A stretch of DNA of 63,394 nucleotides, filler included, from Olpidium bornovanus S191 (Eukaryota > Fungi > Olpidiomycota): NCBI GenBank assembly GCA_017911155.1. It is 31 parts of 31 records of this genome, joined end to end, with 100 filler letters (N's around TTAATTAATTAA, not from the genome) between each part and the next. Parts side by side here need not be neighbours in the genome. Positions count along the whole stretch, not along the records: positions 12,347 to 13,691 come from JAEFCI010001642.1; positions 13,792 to 15,050 come from JAEFCI010006722.1; positions 15,151 to 16,324 come from JAEFCI010002195.1; positions 16,425 to 18,117 come from JAEFCI010010307.1; positions 18,218 to 19,585 come from JAEFCI010007346.1; positions 19,686 to 22,047 come from JAEFCI010006521.1; positions 22,148 to 24,459 come from JAEFCI010005003.1; 24 more parts are not named here. One strand, 5' to 3'. The notes under the pieces were generated by a model, which had not been told where the DNA came from, searched no databases, and saw only the letters and a list, made by a program, of their open reading frames with translations. The position numbers were made by a program, and so were the translations under genes. Position 1 is the stretch's first letter. Each line of letters begins with the position of its first letter. Positions 12,456-23,578 of the stretch are shown here, one piece after another.

Positions 12456-13243
12456 CCGTCCTGCATGGTCATCTCTTGGCTTTCGAGCCGTCTTTCATCG
12501 AAGTGCGAGACGTGCACACCGGCCAGCTGGTGCAAGTCATACGGACGAAGGATCTGCGCTTTCTTGCCGCGGCGGGAACGGAAGTCGTGTGCGTCACGAG
12601 CGGAGCAACTCCTACCCACGACCAAATCATATACCGCATCGTGCCGTCGGCCGACAACGACGAGGAGGCGCCCGCCTTGGCGGCTGACGCCGCAAACGCC
12701 GCGCCGCCTGCGGTTAACGACAGCCCGTCGGCGACGGCGGCGGAGACGCCCTTCACCAACGAATACGGAAAGGGCGACCGAGAGCCGTCGATCGACGGTC
12801 CGCAGCACAGGACGACCTTCGCCGACGAGGACAGGAAGGGTGTCCGGGAGCCGTCGAGCGGCCCTCCGCGCGACGGGACGCCCCCGGCCACCGAGTATGA
12901 CTTGGAGCCGTCGAGCGGCTATCCGCACGACGGGATGCCCCCGGCCGACGAGTACGGCCTGGAGCCGTCGAGCGGCTATTTCCACGGCGGGACGCCCCCG
13001 GCCGACGAGCACGGCGAGGGCGACCGGGAGCGGTGGAACGACGGCTGGCACGAGGACGGGACGCCCTACGCCGACGAGAGCGGGAAGGTCGACTGGGAGC
13101 GGTCGAATGACGATTCGCGAGACTGGACGCCCGCCGTGGAATCCGGAGAGCCGTCCCCGGTTGCTTCGCCGCGGCAAGCTCGACGAGTGCGCGGAAATGA
13201 CGCCCCGCCGTTCACGCCGCCTCCGCATCCACCGCCACCTTAA
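12456..13243 (+). CDS. Last exon of a CNH (citron homology) domain protein, probably a Rom1/Rom2-type Rho GEF, with acidic repetitive tail
   Basis: HLLAFEPSFIEVRDVHTGQLVQVIRTKDLRFL matches the C-terminal blade of fungal Rom CNH domains. Acceptor aatag at 12454-12455; stop at 13243. Confidence 0.7.
12770..13160 (+). repeat. Coding tandem repeat, 57-69 bp units (19-23 aa)
   Basis: GAGCCGTCG/GAGCGG heads at 12782, 12848, 12905, 12962, 13028 and 13097. Peptide unit resembles EPSSGYPHDGMPPADEYGL. Confidence 0.85.
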
Positions 13244-13791
13244 AACCCAGCGAAGTCTTTCTCCTCCCCTTTGACTGCAGGCGCAACCCGAAAAAACAAG
13301 CCCTTTCCTGCAAGCAATTATGCATACATTTTATAATAACGGCTAGACATCGCCCTCTCCGCATCCCTTTGTACAATCTTTGGCTCATATGACTTATCCC
13401 ACGCACGAACAAAAAAGAAAAGCACCCGGCTGCGTATCTCCGTTTCCCCCCTTTGCTACTATTTACCGCCCATTGGCATCTGTAAACCCCCTCCCCATCC
13501 ATCTCCCGCTTCCCCGAGCTTTCTTTCCTTCTTTTTTTTTTTTTTTTTTTTTTTTTTTGTTTTTTGATATCATGGCCAGTATCTGGCGCAGAATGTAGTC
13601 GACCTTCGCACGGACATCGAAAATATGTTTTTAGCCGCGCTCGAAGCCGTCCGGGAAGAAGTCGTGACCGCTCGAAACACCGCGCGAACCGNNNNNNNNN
13701 NNNNNNNNNNNNNNNNNNNNNNNNNNNNNNNNNNNTTAATTAATTAANNNNNNNNNNNNNNNNNNNNNNNNNNNNNNNNNNNNNNNNNNNN

Positions 13792-14647
13792 CCGGCGAAC
13801 CATGCTGTCCATCCAATACGCGAGCCACGACTCCGTTTCCTTCGAGAGGCCCTCCGGCAAGTAATCGACGTCTTCGACGTCCGGAGCGCCGGCCGGCGGC
13901 TCGGGCCTGCTGTCACCCGGGCGGTCGGGGGCGGCCGGCTCACCGCGGAAAACGGCGGCGGCGGCGGCGGAGGCGGAGGCGGCGAGCGGGCGGCGCGGCC
14001 CGCTTTCCGCGGCCGCGCCGTAGTAGTAGGGGTCGATCGCGCCCAGGGACGAGCGGTTGTGCAGCAGCGGCGTGCGCTCGTCGAGCGCCGTCGCGAAGCG
14101 GTGGGCGGTCGGGGGCAGCGGGGTGGGCGGCGGCGAGGTCGTCGCAGTGGCGACGGAAGAAGCCGAAGCCGCGGACGTCGTCCGCTCCCGGCGCGGCGGC
14201 GGCCTGGCGCCGGAGAAGAACAGGAACGCGGCCTGCAGGTTGGGAGGCAGCGGTGGCGCGGCGGCGGGCGGCGGGTGCGGCGGCGGCGGCGGCCGGTCCA
14301 CGGAAGGCCGCCCCGGCGGCTGCAGCGGCGGGCCGGCGGCGGCGGAGGCGGCGGTTGCGGGGGGGCCCTGCAACAGCGGCGCCGCGGCCGCCGGCCACCG
14401 GAACTGCGAGGACGGCGAGAACCCGTACCGCGCGCCGGCGCCGCCGACGCCGGCGCCGCAGGGCAGGGCGGACGTCGGCGACGAGGACGGCGTGTGGAAG
14501 ACGTCGCGGGCGTCGCCGGCGGAGCTGCAGCTGTCGTACGACATTAGGGGGGTGCAGCACGCCGGCACCGCCGCGGCGCGGCGGAATATGGCCCGGCCGG
14601 AGCGGCGCGTGCCCGGCTCGTCCTCCTCCGGGTCGGAGCGGCTCCCT

Positions 14648-14678
<31 letters not shown>

Positions 14679-14805
14679 CGTCGCGGTCGCCGTCCAGCCG
14701 CTCCTCCAAGTCTGCGGCGCAGGGCAAGGGGCCGCGGTCACCGCCGCCGCGCGGGCCGGCGGCGCTCGTCCGCCGGAGCCAGCGCCACGGGGTGGCCGTG
14801 TGCAT
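13792..14805 (-). CDS. Hypothetical protein N-terminus, low complexity, 3' truncated
   Basis: Long open frame ending DYLPEGLSKETESWLAYWMDSMVRR at the contig edge. Contains DERTPLL, an acidic dileucine-type vacuolar sorting motif common in N-termini of fungal vacuolar membrane proteins. Confidence 0.45.
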
Positions 14806-14925
14806 CTCTCTTGCGGGGGCTGGTCAAGGCGGGATGGGAGAGGGTGGCCGGGTGTGCGGGGGTGGGGGCTGGCCGTCTTTCCGAGATAATGCGGGGAAGG
14901 GGAGGGCAAAAAAAAAAACCGTCGG

Positions 14926-14967
<42 letters not shown>

Positions 14968-14976
14968 ACACAAAAC

Positions 14977-15012
<36 letters not shown>

Positions 15013-16424
15013 GCGGGGGGGGGGGGGGGGGGGGGGAGGGAGGGGCGGGCNNNNNNNNNNNNNNNNNNNNNNNNNNNNNNNNNNNNNNNNNNNNTTAATT
15101 AATTAANNNNNNNNNNNNNNNNNNNNNNNNNNNNNNNNNNNNNNNNNNNNCATGGCGAAATAAGCCCATCCGGCCAACGAGCGCACCGTTTGAGGACTCA
15201 CTCGACTTTTCGCCGCCTCGACGCAGGGCAAACTTTGTGGTTTGGAGCGTTTGTGCTTGTGCTCGGGGCAAGTTCGTACCCGACTCCTGTGAGTTGCCGG
15301 GTCCAAATAAAAAAAAAGCCACCAGTTTTTGCGGAAGGTGCTCGGTTCCTCAGAGACACAAAAATGTTGATAGCGTCCATAAATGTATTATATCACGGAA
15401 TTAACCGCAGGTTGGCGTACACATGCAAATTGCAAGCCGGCGGGATTCAAAACTGACCAGCGAGCGCGCTCACGTAGACGACTTTCATTTAGACAACTTT
15501 CAATGCTCGAAATGGATGCCCTGTGCTTATACGGCGCAGCGGCACATTCGCTCCGGTGTGAGGGCGTGCGGCGGCAACGGAAACTCACCGGACTCTCCAG
15601 CTCATCAGCTGCGTTACCGAGAAAGGCTGGTGGACCTTTGGCAATGCACACTATCCGCATGAACGGGCATCGGGCAGGACTATTTGGGCTGAAAAAAGTG
15701 GGGAGGGGCGGGGGGGGGGGGGGGGGCTGGGGTTTTGGTAGGGGAATGACGTTTTGCTGGGTAGTCTCGTTCGGCGCTCCTGGAAGGATTCACGGGAACA
15801 ATGCCCACACACGTCCAGGTTGGGCTCATGACCTGTTAAACCTGTGGGCCAACCGGGAGCCAAAGTCGGAACCTCCCCCTACCTGGAGGGATACTCTACC
15901 ATACCATTGAGCTATCCGCCCTCCACGCCAGGTGACGGGCTCGCCACCAAAGCCATACCCAACAGATGTACGCCTCCTGGTCGATTTGTCAGAATCCGTA
16001 CCTCCTTCCAACGGCGGATCCTCAGCCCAACCAGAAAGACATCTTTGCCAACCCCTGTGGGGGAGAATTCCGCCTTTATCAGCACGATTGTCCTCCTTGA
16101 CGGCCGGCCAATGCGGGTTTGGAACACACCGACTCAGCTGAACGCCGGCCGAAACGCCCGGGGCCCCGCCGCCGGCGCGTCGGTTGATCGACCCGGGGCA
16201 GGCGTCTCAAGGACCCGGCGGGCCGAACGAGATTTTCGGCGATGCGAACGGCAGAAAGCTCCAGCCAAAACTTTCCCGTCTAAGTGGGTTGTATGACCCC
16301 GTCGACACTTCTTCGCTTTCATGCNNNNNNNNNNNNNNNNNNNNNNNNNNNNNNNNNNNNNNNNNNNNTTAATTAATTAANNNNNNNNNNNNNNNNNNNN
16401 NNNNNNNNNNNNNNNNNNNNNNNN

Positions 16425-18117
16425 TCGCCACCGTCCGCCGCGCCGCCGCCGCCGGCAGCCCTCCGCCGCGTCGCCGCCATCTGGCAGCCCTCCGCCGCCG
16501 CCGCGCCACCCGGCAGCCCTCGCCACCAGGCAGCCCTCCGCCGCGACGCGCCATCCGGCAGCTTCCGCCTTGCCGTCACGCCCGCGCTAAGTGCCCACCG
16601 CCCGCTGCCGCACCATTTCCCCGGTCGTGACCCCGCCGCCGCATTTGTTTTTGAGCTTGTTCTTGCTCGACCGCGCTTTGGTTTTCGTTCGATCGGTCGT
16701 TCGTTCATTGTTCGTTCTTCCCTTAATCGTTTCGTCCCTTCGCTTCGTTGTTCATTCCCTTCGCGTCCTTTCGTCACGCCGCTGACGATGCCCTCACCGC
16801 GTCGTCGACGCTGTCGAGGCAAAACACCCCAGCCGCTGTCTCCGCACATGGAGGCGACCAGCGCTGCAGCCGCTTCCGCAACGACTGCGCCATCACCCTG
16901 CGTCGTTCGTTTGCCCACGTCGTCTCCTGCGCCAGTTGACTGTGCTAACGTCGACCCTGCGACCATCCCCATTCCGCCGTCGCCGTCCCTCGACGCGCGC
17001 ATGGACTTACCGCCGCTTCGCGTTCCCCTGTTTGTTCCAGAACCGGACACACAGGCCTCCGCCGCCACCGCTGCTGCTTCGTCCGCTGGTGTCGAACTCG
17101 AGGCCAGCCATCACAATCCCGCAAACGTTCCTGATGCTGTCCTTCGTCAGCAGAAGCTTGCTGGACTTGCTGAGTGGCGCACTTCAATTGTTGCGCGTGT
17201 TGGTGCTGCCACCGCTGCCGCCATTCTTGTCGACGTTGACACCGCTCTCCCGGCCATTGTCGACGACCCGTCCGTTTCATTGCAGGAGCTGAATGTTACC
17301 TGCGGCGCCCTCAACGAGCTGCTTATCGAAATGGCAGCCACTTACTTTGCCCCCAACCGCTCCCTGTCGCTCCTCCAGGCAAGCCTCGACCGTACGGCCG
17401 CCCGTCTCGCCGGCCCGTCGACGCCGTCACCCGTCGAGCGGCCTTCATCTCGCTCACCCCCGCCTCGTCTTCCGATTCAGAAGAGGAGCGTTCGCCGTCC
17501 CTGAGGCCCCATCACCGGGCTGGAGAGTCGACCAGCGTTTCCTGTGTCATCTGTCATGGCCGCCGCGTCCGCATGACTCCAGTTTGGGATAATGCGCTCC
17601 AGTGCGGTAGTGGCTGGATCGTGTGGAAGCAGCGCTTCCTCTCCGAGCTCGAGCTGTCTGGAACCTTCACTGAGGCCCAGAAGCTCGCTGAATTGCGCAA
17701 CAATGTCGTCCCCGAGTTAGGCAGTTTCCTGAACTGGGATATGGAGCATCACCAACCCCTTTCGACGCTCCAGGAAGGCCTCTTTACGTCTTTACGCCTT
17801 TTTACGAGTTTTTGAAGGGGTTGTGTCACTGTTACTCTCTCAACCATCCGGATTCTTGTATATACGGGGTGTCATGTGGCCACATTGTAACGCGCCCTCT
17901 TGGACGGCGTGTGCATGAAGGCAGATGGAATAGAACACGCGGGGCAAATTGATTCGTGGAGGCATGACTGATGAATCGAACGGGAATGAAATCGATGGTG
18001 TTAAAGTTCTGCCTTCCTACCTGTCTCGTTACCGGTCTGGTCGGAACCCCATAATGTTGTGTTCCCGTTATAACGCGTAAATCTTCCTCTGTATAATAAA
18101 CGCCCCACCCGGCGAAA
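16425..18117 (+). mobile_element. Ty3/gypsy-like LTR retrotransposon remnant: GC-rich repeated leader, gag-like ORFs, PPT, LTR start
   Basis: Leader repeats GGCAGCCCTC(CGCCGC) at 16455-16550. ORFs 16788-17504 and 17573-17815; the latter has WIVWKQRFLSELEL...EAQKLAELRNNV, resembling retrotransposon Gag. TTTTTGAAGGGG (17809-17820) is followed by TGTGTCAC, and a second LTR-like head TGTAACG lies at 17886. Confidence 0.5.
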
Positions 18118-18510
18118 NNNNNNNNNNNNNNNNNNNNNNNNNNNNNNNNNNNNNNNNNNNNTTAATTAATTAANNNNNNNNNNNNNNNNNNNNNNNNNNN
18201 NNNNNNNNNNNNNNNNNGCCGCCCACGGGGGCTCGCGCCCCGCTCACCGGCCGGCAACCCGAAACGCCGCAACACGGGGAAAAACAACAGCCCCACCGCC
18301 GCGGCGCGAGGAAGCGAGAGGCCACGACGAGCGGCGGCCAAGGCCAGGGGCGAGGGAACCAGACGAGGGGCTCTTGCCGCCTGTATCCGGGAGGAGGGCG
18401 AGGCCGAGCGCAGGATAAGGAGAGTGTTGTGCCTTCCGGCCACGAAGGCTCCGAGGAACGAAAAACCCAGCCCGTAGCACTGCGAGGCCGGAGCAGTCCA
18501 GACCACGAAG

Positions 18511-19585
18511 ATGGTGAGTCTCTTCTTGGCCGAAAGCGGCGTCCGCCGCCTGCGCGGCGAGGGCAGGAACGATGGAGCGCCGCCGTCCAGCCGTGGAAAG
18601 GCCGCGACGCGTCCTCTCCTCGTCCGGGGGTCACGGTTCGCGTTCGAGATGCCGGCAGGCCTTTTGGAGGCGTCGCGTTTTCGCGCTTATAGGGACAGGT
18701 GCAGGAGTGGACGCATAACCCGAGCGCGGCCGACGCGACCGGCATCGACGGCGGGTTGGACAACTTCAACGGTTGGCGCAAATCCCGCCTTGCAAACCAC
18801 GGGATCCGGCTGTCTGTTCAGGACAACTCCGTGGAGGCGCGTCGCGTTTCTTCTCGTGTTCCCGGTTTGTTCCGAATCGGTGGAACAGCTCAGAATGAGA
18901 GATACACACAGTGGGAAGAGGCCACGAAAACTCGGGAGACTTCAGCTGTTGCTCGGAAGAAGAGGCCGCGTCAGGATGGCCGCTTGCTTAATATGGCCGA
19001 AAAGTAGTCGCCGCGACAACAGGCAGTGTCGGCAAACGCCAAATGGATTTCCTTATCATTTGTTTCTTTTGCTTCCCTTTTGCGCTACCACCCTACTTTT
19101 CTCTTCACTTAGGCGCTCTCGAAAGGCTCGAAGATGCTCTCGCTCATCAATTATCGCCTGCGCGTCACGCTGGCAGACTCGCGCGTGCTGACTGGTCAAA
19201 TGCTGGCGTTTGACCGCCACATGAACCTTGTGCTGGCCGACTGTGAGGAATTCCGCCGTATAAAGCCCAAGTCTAGTGCCAAGGCCAAGGAGGGTGGCGG
19301 TAGCCAGGCAGTTGATGCCGAGGAGAAGAGAACCCTCGGCCTTGTCATTCTCCGCGGGGAAAACATAGTTTCGCTCAGTGTTGATGGCCCTCCCCCACCG
19401 ACCCACGAAGAGCTTAAAGCTAGGGCGACGGTGGGTTTAAAGGAAGGGGGCCAAGGCGTGTTCAGAAAGTGGGGGGAATTGTGTTGCGCTTTAGCTCCTC
19501 GTTTTTGTCCCATCACAAATCTGACTGGCGGCCTCATTCTACACACCATTTTAGGCAGCAGGTGTGCCCGGTGGGGTTAGGCCCC
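18511..19585 (+). CDS. SMB1: Small nuclear ribonucleoprotein SmB (ATG-only first exon, 3' truncated)
   Basis: ATG|GTGAGT at 18511, acceptor ttag at 19111-19112, giving [54 protein letters not shown]...[26 protein letters not shown], a classic SmB Sm1/Sm2 signature. Confidence 0.95.
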
Positions 19586-20598
19586 NNNNNNNNNNNNNNN
19601 NNNNNNNNNNNNNNNNNNNNNNNNNNNNNTTAATTAATTAANNNNNNNNNNNNNNNNNNNNNNNNNNNNNNNNNNNNNNNNNNNNAGTACAGCAAGAGCC
19701 GTCATTTCTTGCATTTCGTAATGCATTTGCACTAACGGATGCCGTTTACTTCCCTTCCACCAGGTCCTGTTCGCCTATGGCCTCAGCAGAATTGAGAAAC
19801 GGCATGGTTTGGCAGTCTGGAGCACGGCTAGAGACAGGCACGATTTTCCTGTTTTCGCAGACCTGTTAGATAGAGACGACAGGCAGGCGAGCAACTCGTC
19901 CAATAAAGCTCATCTTGGTTGCGTGGAAACTTGTTTGGTTGGTTGGAGCCGGAGACTTCGAGTCCAGTGCGCCGGTTGTTCCTGTCCACCCTCCCAACGA
20001 TAGAAAAAATTGGCTGGTCTGGCGGTTTGGTCACTTCCTGTCTTCTTGGGCGCCCTCCCCTTGACTCTCGCCAGAGACGGACGCGGGAGTGACATCACCA
20101 ACAGGCGAAAAAATGCCGGTGCGAAAGCGGACGCCGCGATGAAACGCGTCCAAGACGGCCTGCATTCCCTCTCCAAACCCGCGAAGCTTACCTGAAGCGA
20201 GCTGCGAGAGAGGAAGACCTGGGCTTCGCCAGCCCTCGCCCGGCATCTTTCCGGAACAGCCCCCCCCCCCCCCCGGCGATATGTTCTTGCTGAGGAGAGC
20301 ACCCGAAAAAGACTTTTGCCTTGCGCCACGAGACGTGTCGTTTTTGCGAGATCGGCCGCAGCTCGGTCGCGCGCAGAGTCCGCGCCGGCGGAGGCAAGGC
20401 CGGCCCGTCCTCAGCACGCGACGAGGACCGCCTGCGCTCGACGCTGTTCGATGCTGGGGCGAAAGGGCCGTTTCGTGCGGCACGACGCTCTGGCCACGCG
20501 ATGATTCTCCAGTTGAAATTAAAAAATCTCTGCCGAATCATCAAACGCTTTCTCCCCCCTGGAACCCGCCGACCGCTCGTTCCCCTCCAACGGAAACG

Positions 20599-20641
<43 letters not shown>

Positions 20642-20656
20642 GTCGACGTCCAAAGG

Positions 20657-21842
20657 ATGCCCAAAGTAAAGAAGGAGAAGAAGGAGAAGAAGGAGATGAA
20701 GGAGAAGCGGGAGAAGAAGGAGAAGAAGGAGAAGAAGGAAAAGAAGGAGAAGAAGGAAAAGGAGACGAAGGAGAAAGTGGACGAGGAGATGGTTTTGGAG
20801 GTGGAAGAGGTAACGACGGGAAAGAAGGAGAAAAAGGAGAAGAAGAGCAAGAAGGCAAAAACGGAGGAAAAAACCAAGGACAAGAAGGTGAAGGAGCTGA
20901 TGGACCGCGGAGCAGCAGCGCAACCGGACTCGTGCGACGACGGCGACGACGACGAGCTCTCGGCGCCGATTGAGATTTCGCCCATAGCCAACCCTCTAGC
21001 ACCAAACAAACTGGCCAGGAAAATACTCAAGACCGTCCGAAAAGGTGCGGGAGGCAGTTTCACCGTGAGGGGGTGGGGGGCGGGGGGGGGGGGGGGGGGG
21101 GGGTGGAAACGGGGAGCGGCGGAGGATCCCGCGAGCGCCGCCTGTGTTCGTGCGGGCGAAAGGCCGTGTGAGCCGGCGCGGCGGCGGCTTGCGCGCCGTC
21201 GCCGAGAAAGTTTTGCCTGGGCGTTTTTGGGTTGGCGTTGCTGCGAAGCGGCCGGCAACGCCGTTTGCTTCCGCCCTTTGGCGCGCAACTGACGCGTTGA
21301 CGTTCCGGCACTCTCCCCCTTCCAACCCTCCTTACTCTTCGCTTTTTTTTTGTTGTCCGCAGCCTCGAAGAGGAGACATGTCAAGCGAGGCGTGAAGGAG
21401 GTCGTGCAGGGTTTGCGTAAAGGAGAGAAAGGGTGCGTATAGTTTATCGAAGCCCCTCCCGGTGCGGCGAAGAGGCGGGTTGCGACCTACTCGTGCCCAG
21501 GGTCTGGAGTGTTTGCTCTCGCACGCAGGATGCTGACTTTGGCACGGGTTTCCTCTCGCTTGCTGCTGTGGAAGGCTGGTCGTGATTGCTGGCGACATCT
21601 CCCCCATCGATGTGATAACCCACCTACCGGTCCTTTGCGAGGACGCAGGTGTGCCGTACGTGTTCGTCCCGTCCAAAGAAGACCTAGGCACCGCCGGCGC
21701 GACCAAGCGGCCGACCTCTTGCCTCATGGTCATCCCTGGCGGGAAGAAGAAGGAGAACGTCGAGGAGTACAAGGCCGCGTACGACGAGTGCTTCGAGACA
21801 GTCCGCGAAATGAACGCGTCTGTTCAGTATGTCGAGGTATAA
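20657..21842 (+). CDS. NHP2: H/ACA snoRNP subunit Nhp2 (L7Ae family) with KKE-rich N-terminal extension; complete, 3 exons
   Basis: ISPIANPLAPNKLARKILKTVRK|ASKRRHVKRGVKEVVQGLRKGEKG|LVVIAGDISPIDVITHLPVLCEDAGVPYVFVPSKEDLGTAGATKRPTSC. Introns at 21045-21362 and 21433-21574; stop TAA at 21840-21842. Confidence 0.95.
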
Positions 21843-22213
21843 AATGTGCCGGCGCCTCTCGCTTCGGTCCGAGAGGCGTGGTTTTTCCATTGTCGCCTCG
21901 CCGGGAAACCTATCTGGAAGAGGTAGCTGCGCACCGCGCGCGCGCGCGCGCCCGCGCGAGTATTTTGTCATGCCCGACCGTCGAGGGCCCCTTGGATGTG
22001 TCCCTCTCCACCTTGGTTCTTGCCCATAATGCCCATCACGTGCGTACNNNNNNNNNNNNNNNNNNNNNNNNNNNNNNNNNNNNNNNNNNNNTTAATTAAT
22101 TAANNNNNNNNNNNNNNNNNNNNNNNNNNNNNNNNNNNNNNNNNNNNAATCCCACGATGCCGTCCGAGGCAGAAACGCTGAACCGCGGCCCGGCTCCAGT
22201 ATTCGTATCTAAC

Positions 22214-23578
<1,365 letters not shown>

